64,000 nucleotides of DNA from an uncultured Planctomycetales bacterium (lineage in GTDB: Bacteria > Omnitrophota > Gorgyraeia > Zapsychrales > Aceulaceae): positions 22,822 through 86,821 of the forward strand of contig CAZYOA010000005.1 of NCBI GenBank assembly GCA_964648665.1. Reading direction: 5' to 3'. Shown one piece after another: positions 28,694 to 38,800 of this stretch. The first letter of the stretch is position 1; each line of letters starts with the position of its first letter. The notes below the pieces were generated by a model, which saw nothing but the letters and a program-made list of their open reading frames with translations, did not search any database and was not told the origin of the DNA. The position numbers and the translations under genes were made by a program.

Positions 28694-29239
28694 ATGAATT
28701 CTAAGTTAAAACCTTTTGATATCATTGTTGCTGTTGACCAAAAAAACGGTATCGGGAAAAATGGCGGGTTGCCGTGGTCATTGTCTGAAGATATGCAGCA
28801 TTTCAAAAAGGTCACTACGCAAACGCAAGATTCTTTAAAAAAGAATGCTGTGGTTATGGGTAGAAAAACGTGGGAATCAATACCAGATAAATTTAGACCT
28901 TTGCCGGATAGAGTAAATGTTGTGTTAACTCGAAATAGTGAGTTTTTGTTGCCTGAAGGCGTTATTCGAGCAGATAGTCTTGAATCAGCTTGTAATCAGT
29001 TAAAAGATGATCGAATTGAAAAGATTTTTGTTGTTGGAGGTGCAAGTATTTATGCTCAAGCTCTTGAATCAGAAATGTGTGAATCTATCTATTTGACGCG
29101 TATTTTCAAAGATTTTGAATGTGATACTTTTTTCCCTTCGATTGAGATTCAGTTTAAAGAAATTGAATCTTCTGAAGAGAAATCTCAGGATGATCTGACG
29201 TATTGCTTTTCATCTTATAAAAATAATAAGTTTTTATAA
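28694..29239 (+). CDS. folA: Dihydrofolate reductase
   Basis: IGKNGGLPW, VVMGRKTWESIP, NVVLTR and VVGGASIY motifs. Immediately downstream of thyA. Confidence 0.9.
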   Translation: MNSKLKPFDIIVAVDQKNGIGKNGGLPWSLSEDMQHFKKVTTQTQDSLKKNAVVMGRKTWESIPDKFRPLPDRVNVVLTRNSEFLLPEGVIRADSLESACNQLKDDRIEKIFVVGGASIYAQALESEMCESIYLTRIFKDFECDTFFPSIEIQFKEIESSEEKSQDDLTYCFSSYKNNKFL

Positions 29240-29328
29240 TATTATTTTTAAAATAATCCTTTTCTAGATTTTTCAAATATATCATTTATAATATTAGTAT
29301 AGTATTCAACTTAAGTGAAAGGGTTTAA

Positions 29329-30480
29329 ATGAATGGAAAAAAGAGGGTTTTAGTTGTTGATGACGAAGAAAGCATTAGTAAAACTCTGAAGCTTCTTCTT
29401 GAGACTCGCGGATATGATGTTGATGTTGCCGAAACAGGTCATGAAGCTCTGGAGAAGGCTTTAAAAAAGCCTGATATTATTCTTTTAGATTTAATGTTGC
29501 CTGATATTACGGGGTTTGATGTTTGTCGAAAGCTACGTGAAGATAAGGCTACGCATTTTATTCCAATTATTATTCTTTCTGTTCGATATTTGTATGAAGA
29601 TAAGGTTGAGGGGCTTTATTTGGGCGCTGATGATTATGTGACAAAGCCATTTGAATACGAAGAGCTTTTTGCGCGGATGGAAGCTGTGATGAGACGACGA
29701 AGTATGTTTGATGATGAAACAAAAGAAAATAGTCCGATTGTCACTGAGCTGAGACAGATTATTGACAACAAGCTAATCACTCCGTTTTTTCAGCCGATTT
29801 ATTTCTTGAGACCTTTTACGCTCTGTGGTCTTGAGGCTTTAAGTCGTCCTCCAGTTAAAAGTATTTTGTCTAATCCTGAGATGTTGTTTGAAGCTGCGCT
29901 TCGTTTAGGTTTTTATGAAGAATTAGAAATGATGTGTTGGAAAAGAGCTTTTGAGACAATTTTAGAAAAGAAATATACGGATCGAATTTTCTTAAATTGT
30001 AATCCTTATTTAGTTGAAAGTTCAGAATTCTTAAAAATTAAATCAGTTATGGAGGATTACAATATTTCAACTAAGAATATTGTTTTGGAAATCACGGAAC
30101 GTTCAGCCATTACGGATTATCAGATGTTTTTTGATCGATTGCGTGAATATCAAAAAGATGGTTTAAATGTTGCCATTGACGATATTGGAGGTGGATATGC
30201 GTCTATCGAGTCGATTGTTGAGATTAAGCCAAAGCTTGTGAAGATCGATATAAGTATTATTCGAGATTTAGATAAAAATGCTTTAAAACAAAGCGTTGTA
30301 AAGTTTATTATTTCGTTCTGTAAGGAAAACAATATTACGTCTGTAGCTGAGGGCATTGAGAGAAAAGAGGAGTTGGATGTCCTTTTAGATCTTGGAGTTG
30401 ATGCTGGTCAGGGTTATTTCTTAGGGGCGCCTTCTCCGGAGATTAATATTGATGAATTACGGCAGAAGAAAATATCATAA
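29329..30480 (+). CDS. Response regulator receiver domain fused to an EAL c-di-GMP phosphodiesterase domain
   Basis: REC: VLVVDDE...ILLDLMLPD...K-P. EAL domain: FQPIY, LEALSR, EITER, DDIGGGYAS, KIDISI, AEGIE and GQGYFLG. Confidence 0.88.
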   Translation: MNGKKRVLVVDDEESISKTLKLLLETRGYDVDVAETGHEALEKALKKPDIILLDLMLPDITGFDVCRKLREDKATHFIPIIILSVRYLYEDKVEGLYLGADDYVTKPFEYEELFARMEAVMRRRSMFDDETKENSPIVTELRQIIDNKLITPFFQPIYFLRPFTLCGLEALSRPPVKSILSNPEMLFEAALRLGFYEELEMMCWKRAFETILEKKYTDRIFLNCNPYLVESSEFLKIKSVMEDYNISTKNIVLEITERSAITDYQMFFDRLREYQKDGLNVAIDDIGGGYASIESIVEIKPKLVKIDISIIRDLDKNALKQSVVKFIISFCKENNITSVAEGIERKEELDVLLDLGVDAGQGYFLGAPSPEINIDELRQKKIS

Positions 30481-30554
30481 GTGCGTATTTTAAAATCTTC
30501 TATTCAACTTAATTTAAGAGATCCTATAAGATTCCAAAAGGAGTTTGCTAAAGC

Positions 30555-31538
30555 ATGCTAACATTAATAGTATTGTTTGTTGGCGTTATTGTAGCTTCGG
30601 GTTTTTGTTCGATGGCTGAAGCGGCAATTTTAAGTCTTCCGTTTGTTAGAGCTAGAATGCTTGTTGACGAGGGTAAAAAAAATTCTAAAGATTTATTGAT
30701 TTTAAAAGAAAATATGGATGTTACGCTTGCGGCAATTGTTATTCTAAATAATGCCGTTAACATTATTGGAGCGATCTTTGTTGGTCAAAAAGTAACAAGT
30801 TTGTTTGGAAATAATTGGCTCGGGCTAGCTTCAACAGTTATTACTTTTGCGATCATTGTTCTTTCAGAGATTATTCCAAAAACGATTGGAGAAAAGTACA
30901 AATCTAAATTATCGCTTCTTGTTGCGCCTTCAGTCCGCGTTTTAGTTTTTATTATGAGACCGCTTATCAATGTTATTATTTTTTTGGCACGCCCATTTTT
31001 TTCTGGACGGAAACTTCCTAGGGTTACAGAAGCCGAAATTAAGATGATGCTCAAACTTGGTCGTGATGCGGGTACTGTTGAGATGGATGAAGAGGTTTTG
31101 TGTAATCGAGTTTTTAAGCTTAACGATCTAAAGGCTCATCAAATGATGAAGCCGATGAATCGCATTTATGCACTTCCGGCTAGAAAAACATTAAGAGAGA
31201 TGAGAGATGCAATTATCAATTCTCGTTATAGCCGAATTGCGGTTTACGATAAAGATCCTTTAGATTTTGTTGGTATTGTTCAGCATCGTATTTTACTTCG
31301 AGAAATTGCTAAAGATAATTACGATGTTCTTGTTCGAAATTTTATGACACCTCCAATTTTTGTTGATCACATGACAAAGGCTGATGCACTTTTAGAAAAG
31401 TTTCAGACATATCGTCAGCATCTCTTCATCGTTCAGGACGAAAAAGGAAAAGATGTTGGCTTGATTACCATGGAAGATGTTTTAGAAGAGTTGTTTGGTG
31501 AAATATATGATGAGAAGGATTTAAAGCTGACAATTTAA
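30555..31538 (+). CDS. CNNM/CorC-HlyC family transporter-like protein (DUF21 plus CBS pair)
   Basis: Four N-terminal TM helices with SMAEAAILS and SEIIPKT motifs, then tandem CBS domains (YSRIAVYD, LFIVQDEKGKDVGLITMEDVLEE). Confidence 0.8.
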   Translation: MLTLIVLFVGVIVASGFCSMAEAAILSLPFVRARMLVDEGKKNSKDLLILKENMDVTLAAIVILNNAVNIIGAIFVGQKVTSLFGNNWLGLASTVITFAIIVLSEIIPKTIGEKYKSKLSLLVAPSVRVLVFIMRPLINVIIFLARPFFSGRKLPRVTEAEIKMMLKLGRDAGTVEMDEEVLCNRVFKLNDLKAHQMMKPMNRIYALPARKTLREMRDAIINSRYSRIAVYDKDPLDFVGIVQHRILLREIAKDNYDVLVRNFMTPPIFVDHMTKADALLEKFQTYRQHLFIVQDEKGKDVGLITMEDVLEELFGEIYDEKDLKLTI

Positions 31539-31600
31539 GGATAAAAGTTCAGCTAAATTGTATTGTGGGTCTTAGTGGTCTATGTCAGAATTTTTATAAA

Positions 31601-32149
31601 ATGAAAAAAATATTAAACCTTATTGTATTGATATCGCTTTGTTGTTCATTGCCTGCTTGTTCTTTTTTTAAGAAAAGCAAGGTTGTTGAAAAGAATGATC
31701 AGCGAGTTCTTAATTTTGATGGTAAAGTTTTAGATTTTCAAGTGCTTTTGCAAAGTAAAAATCTTTTAATTGTGACTTTTAAACCAGGGCCAGGGGTTGC
31801 TGCAACCGATGAAACTAAAAGACTTTCTATCAGAATGGTTAGTTCTATTTCTGATGATTTTAAGAAATATCAGAGAAAATTTAATATTTTAACGGCAAGT
31901 CAAGCCGAAAATGCAGATCTTGTTTTAAAAGGATATATTACACGTATCGAAAATCCAGCTGGGTTATTAAATAAGTTGCGTAAGAAAAAAATGATTCTTG
32001 AAGTTCGAGGAAAGATCTTAGATGCCAAGAGTGGAAGAATTGTTGTTGATTTTGTATCGAGCTTAAGTTCTCAAAACAAATGGGATTTAAGCGATTTGGC
32101 TAATCAGACAGGTAAGGCGATTGCCAATTTTATATTTGAAAATATTTAA
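31601..32149 (+). CDS. Hypothetical lipoprotein
   Basis: MKKILNLIVLISLCCSLPAC lipobox signal peptide. ATG at 31601 preferred over the GTG at 31565. Confidence 0.6.
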   Translation: MKKILNLIVLISLCCSLPACSFFKKSKVVEKNDQRVLNFDGKVLDFQVLLQSKNLLIVTFKPGPGVAATDETKRLSIRMVSSISDDFKKYQRKFNILTASQAENADLVLKGYITRIENPAGLLNKLRKKKMILEVRGKILDAKSGRIVVDFVSSLSSQNKWDLSDLANQTGKAIANFIFENI

Positions 32150-32157
32150 GGATAAAA

Positions 32158-33123
32158 ATGATTATTGTTACAGGTGCTGCAGGATTTATTGGAAGTTGTT
32201 TTTTAGCTCGTCTTAATCAGTTGGGGCGAAAGGATATTATTGTTGTTGATCATCTCGACAATGATCTTAAGCCTAAAAATTTGAGAAATAAGAAGTTTGT
32301 TGATTATTTTGATAAAAAAGATTTCTTAGAGCTTATTAAAACAAATCAATTATCTGATGATGTGGAGTGTGTTATTCATATGGGTGCATGTAGCTCGACG
32401 ATGCTTACCGATGAAAAATATTATGATGAGAATAATTTTGAATACACAAAAACTCTTGCTCTTTGGGCACTGAAGAAGAATGCTCGTTTTATTTATGCAA
32501 GTTCTGCTGCGACCTATGGAAATGGATCTAAAGGTTATAGCGATGATCATGATTTGATTAAGGATTGTGAGCCTCTTAATTTTTATGGTCAATCAAAGCA
32601 GAAATTTGATCAGTGGGCTTTGGATCAAGGTGTTCTAGATAAAATGGTTGGATTAAAGTTTTTTAATGTTTTTGGACCAAATGAATACCATAAAGGAGCG
32701 ATGAGAAGTCTTGTTTTAAAGGCTTATAAAAAAGTAAGCGAAGAGGGCAAGATGCTTCTTTTTAAATCATACAAAAAAGAATATAAGCATGGTGAACAAA
32801 AACGCGATTTTATTTATATTAAAGATGCAATTGACGTAGCGATGTATTTCTTTGAGAATCCAAATCTTTCTGGAATTTATAACGTTGGTACAGGGCGAGC
32901 GCAAACTTGGAATGAGCTAGCAGCTGCATTGTTTAAGGCTGTTGATAAAAAGCCATGCATCGAATATATTGAAATGTCGCCTGAGCTTCGGGATCAGTAT
33001 CAATATTTTACACAAGCTGATGTGTCGAAGTTACATGAGACAGGTTATGCAGGATCTTTTATGTCGATTGAAGAGGGTGTTGCTGATTATGCAAAATATT
33101 TATTACGCAAGGATTACATCTAA
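32158..33123 (+). CDS. hldD: ADP-L-glycero-D-manno-heptose 6-epimerase
   Basis: MIIVTGAAGFIGS, HMGACSST, YASSAATYG, LNFYGQSK, GLKFFNVFGPNEYHKG and RDFIYIKD motifs. An LPS core heptose pathway marker. Confidence 0.88.
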   Translation: MIIVTGAAGFIGSCFLARLNQLGRKDIIVVDHLDNDLKPKNLRNKKFVDYFDKKDFLELIKTNQLSDDVECVIHMGACSSTMLTDEKYYDENNFEYTKTLALWALKKNARFIYASSAATYGNGSKGYSDDHDLIKDCEPLNFYGQSKQKFDQWALDQGVLDKMVGLKFFNVFGPNEYHKGAMRSLVLKAYKKVSEEGKMLLFKSYKKEYKHGEQKRDFIYIKDAIDVAMYFFENPNLSGIYNVGTGRAQTWNELAAALFKAVDKKPCIEYIEMSPELRDQYQYFTQADVSKLHETGYAGSFMSIEEGVADYAKYLLRKDYI

Positions 33124-33141
33124 TAAAATTAGGAGATTGTT

Positions 33142-34209
33142 ATGGAGATTATGATTTTAGTTTTAGTATCCATTGTGTGCCTTGTTGTGGGTATTTCATT
33201 TGTGTTTAAAGGATTTTTGTCTGTTCCGGATAAGAATCAAATTGTGGATCGAAAGTCTTTTGAAGAAAAAGAAAAACAGCTTCGCCTCACTCAAGAGTCA
33301 GAACAAAAGATAAAAAAGGAACTTGAAACATTTAAAGTTGAAATTGAAGTGTCTAAAGAAAGTCTGGAGCTTACTAAGAGCCAAACTGAGAAAATACAGA
33401 AAGATCTTGAGCTTGCAAAGGCTTCAGCTCAGCAGATTGAGAATGAATCTGAGGGAAAGCTGGAAAGCTATCAAAGTCAAATTGAGTCTTTGAAAAAAGA
33501 AAGCGCTGAACTTAAAGAAAAGGCTGTTGAGGCACCTGAAAAGATTTCTGAGCTTGAAAAAGAGATGACAACAATTATTGAGAAAACAAATCAACAAGCT
33601 GACGGCGCTCTCGAGCTGATTAATTCGCTTCAATCTGAGCTTGAATCTTCAAAGCAAAAAGAGCAAGATTATCAGAGCAAGATGCAGTCTCTAGAAGAAA
33701 AAGCTTCAAGCTCTGAGGAAAGCCAAAAGGTTGTTGAGGAGTTAAATCAAGAAAATCAGCGATTAAAGCAAGAAAATGAATCTGTAGAATCTAAATATAA
33801 GCAAGAAATAGAAGATCTTAAGAAGACTCAAGATAGTGCAATGTCTCTTGAGGGTGAGAACCAAATGCTTCAGCAAAAGGTTCAAGAGCAGCAGACAAAG
33901 ACTCAAGAGCTAGAAGAGCAGTCGCTTTGCTTAAAGCAAGAGAATGAAGCTTATTCGAGTCAAATAACAGAAAAAATTTCTGAGCTTGAAAAAGAAAAAA
34001 TGATGCTTCAGCAAAAAATGGCTAATGTTGAACCTCAAGATTCTGATCAGCTTGATGAGCTTAAGAAGGAAAATCAAGATCTCGAGGAACAAAATCAATT
34101 GGCTCAATCTGAATTTCTTAAGGCTAAGACACGCGCTCAAGGGCTGGAGAAGATTTGCGCTGATTATAAAATACAATTAGAGCAATCGTTTAAGAATATT
34201 AATACTTAG
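33142..34209 (+). CDS. Membrane-anchored coiled-coil protein (E/Q/K-rich)
   Basis: One N-terminal TM helix (ILVLVSIVCLVVGISFVF) followed by about 320 aa of heptad-like E/K/Q/L-rich sequence. The last roughly 95 aa are duplicated in ORF 42475-43029. Confidence 0.7.
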   Translation: MEIMILVLVSIVCLVVGISFVFKGFLSVPDKNQIVDRKSFEEKEKQLRLTQESEQKIKKELETFKVEIEVSKESLELTKSQTEKIQKDLELAKASAQQIENESEGKLESYQSQIESLKKESAELKEKAVEAPEKISELEKEMTTIIEKTNQQADGALELINSLQSELESSKQKEQDYQSKMQSLEEKASSSEESQKVVEELNQENQRLKQENESVESKYKQEIEDLKKTQDSAMSLEGENQMLQQKVQEQQTKTQELEEQSLCLKQENEAYSSQITEKISELEKEKMMLQQKMANVEPQDSDQLDELKKENQDLEEQNQLAQSEFLKAKTRAQGLEKICADYKIQLEQSFKNINT

Positions 34210-34216
34210 AGATTTT

Positions 34217-34630
34217 ATGACCGGTAATTATTTACAGATACTGAGAGTGGGCCACCAGGCTGTTGTTTGTGCAATTGATCAAACGCAGCTTTTTTTAAGA
34301 TCTTATAAGCAAGCAAAGCCGAGAATTAGAGGTTTAGAAGAACAGCTTCTTACGTTCTTTGCTCAACAAGATAAAGCGATGTTTGATACGCTTTATGATT
34401 TTTATGAAGGTGATCGAGAGTCAGCAAAGATGATTGATTTTATTTTCCATGATCTTAAAGATATCAAGGTAAAATATTTAATGTTTTTTGATAAGCATAC
34501 CGGAGAAGCTTATGATACGTCTGCAGCATCGTTTCCGAAAGATTTTATGGATTTTTCAGGGCAGATTCTTTCAAGGCTTAGAATCGAAGAGGAGTATCTT
34601 TTTCCGCTTCTTAAGAAAATGAACTCTTAA
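34217..34630 (+). CDS. Hypothetical 137-aa protein, cassette component (weak hemerythrin-like resemblance)
   Basis: Paralog of 43042-43455, about 70% identical by eye. The C-terminal IEEEYLFPLL recalls the HxxxEE..LFP motif of hemerythrin-like domains, but the expected His is absent, so the assignment is weak. Confidence 0.55.
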   Translation: MTGNYLQILRVGHQAVVCAIDQTQLFLRSYKQAKPRIRGLEEQLLTFFAQQDKAMFDTLYDFYEGDRESAKMIDFIFHDLKDIKVKYLMFFDKHTGEAYDTSAASFPKDFMDFSGQILSRLRIEEEYLFPLLKKMNS

Positions 34631-34675
34631 AATCGCAAAAGTTGCATTGATTTGGGTTTTTGCTATAATACGCAT

Positions 34676-35080
34676 ATGAAAAATAAATTTTTATTTCTTA
34701 TTTTATGTTTTAGTTTAATTGGATGTTCTCATGTTATGGAGATTCCAAAAACAATTTGGGGTTCTTCTACAAGAGCGCTTGAAAATTATCGTCACACAGC
34801 AACAGTTAAAGGGTATCCTTTGACTTTAGAAGAGTGCTTTGATTCTATCTTGTTGATTGCGGCTGAATCTGAGCTTGATATCTTTATTCAAGATCGAAAA
34901 CGTAACATCATTGTCTTGATGGGATTTGAAGGTGTGACAGACACAACTGAGGTTGGTATATTTTTAACCGCTATTTCTATTAATGAAACAAAATTTGAAA
35001 TTGTTTCCTTAAGCTCCATTGCTCAAGCTACAGCAGCAGATCTTATTTTCTTACAACTCAACGAAGAAATTCTGGAATAA
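34676..35080 (+). CDS. Lipoprotein, cassette component
   Basis: MKNKFLFLILCFSLIGC lipobox signal. Paralog of 43499-43912. ATG at 34676 preferred to the ORF-track TTG at 34652. Confidence 0.65.
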   Translation: MKNKFLFLILCFSLIGCSHVMEIPKTIWGSSTRALENYRHTATVKGYPLTLEECFDSILLIAAESELDIFIQDRKRNIIVLMGFEGVTDTTEVGIFLTAISINETKFEIVSLSSIAQATAADLIFLQLNEEILE

Positions 35081-35084
35081 ATAA

Positions 35085-35600
35085 ATGGTAGAACACGAGC
35101 TTCTTTTCTTGGGACTTCTTATGAAGGGCCCAAAGCATGGCTATGAAATTAAACGTCAGTTAGAAGAAGAGCTGTTTCCTTTCTTAGGGCTAAAGGTTAA
35201 ATCTATTTATTATCCTTTAAAGAAAATGGAAAAGCTTGGTCTTTTAAAGAAAGACATTGGCAGAGAAGGCAAGTTTCCAGAAAAGTTTATTTATAAGATT
35301 ACAGATAAAGGAAAGAAGATTTTTGATCATCTCTTGACCGAGAACTTTCTTTCTATTGAAAGGCCATATTTCAATGTTGATCTTTCACTGTATTTCCTGC
35401 CTTATGTGGATAAAAAAATCGCAAAAAGACGCCTGCGTGCTCGCGTTATTTTCTTAAAACGTATCAAGAGAGATCTTGAATCCATCAAGGAAAATCTTAA
35501 AAGAACCTCAAAACACCTTATCATCATTCTTAATCATGACCTTGATCTCGTCGAGGCTGAAATTAAATCTATCTCAAGCCTGATTGAAACAATTCAATAA
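35085..35600 (+). CDS. PadR-family transcriptional regulator (copy 1)
   Basis: N-terminal winged HTH typical of PadR (LLFLGLLMKGPKHGYEIKRQLEE...YYPLKKMEKLGLL...YKITDKGKKIF) plus a C-terminal helical dimerisation region. About 88% identical (hand count) to 43914-44432. Confidence 0.8.
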   Translation: MVEHELLFLGLLMKGPKHGYEIKRQLEEELFPFLGLKVKSIYYPLKKMEKLGLLKKDIGREGKFPEKFIYKITDKGKKIFDHLLTENFLSIERPYFNVDLSLYFLPYVDKKIAKRRLRARVIFLKRIKRDLESIKENLKRTSKHLIIILNHDLDLVEAEIKSISSLIETIQ

Positions 35601-35658
35601 AATCTTTTTTTTATCATAAATTCTTTTATTTTAAGAGTTATGATCTTTTGTTTTAAGC

Positions 35659-35716
35659 AAGCGCTTCCTCGAAAGTCGCGTTTTGGGGATGTTTTTTAAT
35701 ATTTAGATGCTATATT
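35659..35716 (+). promoter_or_regulatory. Degenerate palindrome (AAGCGCTT) plus extended -10 (TGcTATATT) upstream of giant gene 1
   Basis: Homologous to the 44511-44574 and 61123-61186 regions. The palindrome centre is about 48 nt upstream of the -10 hexamer in all three. Confidence 0.4.
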
Positions 35717-35831
35717 TAATTTAGCGATGTGTCTTTAATCAAAAACGAAAATAATCCACTGTTGTTATAGAAACGGATTTTTAAATAAAGTAGAGTTTCT
35801 TTTACGCACAAAAATAAAGAAAGGTACATTC

Positions 35832-38800
35832 ATGTTTTTCTTGCCACGGAGAAAAATACTGTACAGTGCTAAAAAAGGTGTCTCGGTTTTCGTTGCCATA
35901 TGTTTTTTATCGATGACACTTCTTCCTAGTATTGCTCTCGCCCAAAGTGTTGCAGGTCTACCTATCCCAGGAACATTGCTCGCCACGACATCAAGCTTTA
36001 CGCCTTTGATGCTTCGCGGTATTCAAATTAATCCAGAAAATCCTTTTGAATTTAACTTCCTTTTAGATACAGGGTCAGATTCTCTTAATCAAGATGAAAT
36101 CAAAAGTCAATCTGAAACAATTGCAAAATATTTCTTATCCACTCTAACGATTCCAGAAGAAGATCTTTGGGTAAACCTTTCTCCTCATGAAGAAAATCGC
36201 ATTGCTCCTGACGCTTTATCTCAAACAGATATGGGCCGAGATCTCCTAGCACAAGATTATATCTTAAAGCAACTGACGGCTTCTTTAATCCATCCAGATG
36301 ACGAAACAGGTAAAGTGTTCTGGAAAAAGGTTTATAAGAAAGCCTATGAAGAATATGGCACTACCCAGATTCCAGTCGATACCTTTAATAAGGTATGGAT
36401 TGTTCCTAATAAAGCAACAATCTACCAAGAAGGCAACAGAGCCTTTGTAGCTGAAAGTTATATGAAGGTTATGCTAGAGACTGATTATCTCGCGCTTGAA
36501 AAGAGTGCAGAGTCCCAAGGGGCGAGGGATGCAGAATCTAAAGCCGATAATGCACTAGCTTCCCAAGTTGTTCGAGAAGTCTTGATCCCCTTATTAGAAA
36601 AGGAAGTCAACGAAGGCAAACTATTCTCTAAGCTTCGACAAATGTACCATTCTATGATTTTAGCCACCTGGTATAAGCAAAATCTAAAAAGTTCTATTAT
36701 TAATAAAATTTATTCTGATCAAAGCAAAGTGAAAGGTGTTGAAACCCCTGACCCAGAGATTGTGAATAAAATCTATGATCAGTATTTAGAAGCCTTTGAT
36801 AAAGGGGTTTGTGATTTAATAAAGAAAGAAAAGGATCCGGTTACCGATAAGGTGTTCTTTAGAAAGTATTTCTCAGGCGGCTTTGATGCCAAGGCGATTT
36901 CATCCAATATTAAGGTTAAAAGTTCTCCAAGATTTAGGAGTGTTGTGGTTAGAAATATTGTTGGTATGGTTTTTTCGGCGGTGTTTATGCTTATGAGCCC
37001 TACACATTTATTGGCTCAATCTCAAGCCAGTCCAGCCTCTGAAACTTCAGTAAATCTGGATGATGATATTTTTAAGATGAATGACTACTTTTTTTATGAG
37101 ACTGAGGCTGAAATAATATATGGTCGAGGTAGCGGACAAGGTCTTGCGGATCCAGAACACCTTGAAGATGTTGCTGTTGATAGTGATGGCAATATTTGGC
37201 TTGTTGACTATGAAGGTGATCAGGTCATTGTGATTGATAAAAAGACAGGAAAACCAAAGATTGTTGATCGAAAATTCGAATCGCCCGCTGGCCTTAGAAT
37301 TGATGAGGAAGACAACATTTGGATTGCGGAATTTTATGATGGCAAGATTGTGATGCTTGATAGAAAAACAGGGGAGTGGATTTTCAAGGGAACATTTAAT
37401 CATCCTAGCGACATTGAATTTGATGATAAGGGCAATGTTTGGGTTTCGGAGTGGGGTTCTGAATATATTTGGATGATGAATAAAGAAACAGGAAAAAAAG
37501 AGATTGTCGAAGAAGGTTTTGAGATGGTTAATGATATTGCCTTTGATCAGGATGGTAATCTATGGATTACTGATTTTAAGAAAGGCTGTGTTTTTATGAG
37601 AGATAAAACAGGAAAGCTGGATGTTGTTAAGCGAAACTTAAACAGTCCTAGAGATGTTGCAATTGACAATGAAGGTAATGTTTGGATTGCTGAAGAAGAA
37701 GCTGATCGTATTTGGGTACGACTTAAAAACACAGGCGAGTGGAAAATTTTTCCAATGGAATTTAGCCGTCCTTATGGAATTGCTTTTGATAATCAAGGAA
37801 ATCTTTTAGTTTCAGAAACCAGCGGTAAGTGTCTTAATCGTATAAAGAAGACTTTTTTGCCTTTGCCTAACATTAGCATTCAAGGAATAAACATACCTAA
37901 AAGCAATCTCGATTTTTCTGCAGCAACAATTACGAGTACTATCGAGTTAGATGACATTGTTCGCGTTGTTGGTCAACCAACAAATATTAAGAATACGATT
38001 TATTTTGATTATCACTCAGGCTACGAAAGAGGAGAAAACGGAAGAACAAAAGTCAGAGCTGTTGGCCGATGGAATCGTGATTATCCTGATCGACCAGAAC
38101 GTAATCCTCGCGGGTGGCTTAAGAAAGTGACTCCTAAGGATTATGTTGTTGATGAAAATGGAGAAATTCAGATTACGAAGCCGTTATTTAAAGAGATTGA
38201 GATTAGAGAGCTCATGAAAGAAGATTTCGCTTTTATTCAAGATCGCTACGATCAAGCATTTAATGTTATGGACAGCGATGTCTTAACGGCTAAAAATCAC
38301 CTGAATCAAGCTCGAGTACGTCTCGAGCAGCTTATTAAAAAGTTATCAGCAGAAACATCTATGGATAATCGCGAGCTAGTGTTTGAGTCATTAGATAAGA
38401 CAGTGGATGTTATCCGCGGTGATTTGGAAGCTGTTGAGAATTTTGAAAAACACGGACAAATTATTGTTAGTGTTCATGAAAAAATTAATAATTTTAATAT
38501 TATTTTAAAAGAAGGTACTAGTAGTGAAGCAAGAAAAAGGGAGGCAGAAAAATCTTTAAATGGCCTACTTAACTCCTTAACACAAAATCAAGATATTCTT
38601 AAAGACTATGGCTATGATACAAAACATGCTATTGATTTTTTGAATAAAATTGCAAAAGGATTTGATATTAATAATTTTACATCAACATCTTCTAAGAGTG
38701 ATGCGCAATCATTGAATCAATTTGAGCAATCAACCAACTCTGAGATTCTAAAATCTATTGCCGAGGGTGATGTTTTTGGCATTGAAGATAAAAATGGTTT

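Larger units (their letters stand above)
33931..36890 (+). repeat. Segmental duplication, copy A (coiled-coil 3' end, small protein, lipoprotein, PadR, promoter region, giant-gene N-module)
   Basis: Collinear with 42751-45805. All four encoded proteins have clear paralogs there and the intergenic sequences also align. Confidence 0.85.

Noticed and set aside
858-33633. Short nested ORFs in the housekeeping region (e.g. 858-1091, 1622-1807, 2167-2421, 8355-8597, 9970-10176, 12710-13054, 20201-20967, 30548-31054, 32350-32592)
   Set aside because: Each is embedded in or antisense to a gene with clear family motifs. The 20201-20590 and 20581-20967 minus-strand ORFs are antisense to a K-rich gene and to the GT2 gene, and look compositional.
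34217-34630. Confident hemerythrin assignment for the 137-aa cassette protein
   Set aside because: Only the EEEYLFPLL segment resembles hemerythrin-like domains. The His residues expected in the H...HxxxE motifs are not in place, so it is reported as hypothetical with a weak resemblance only.
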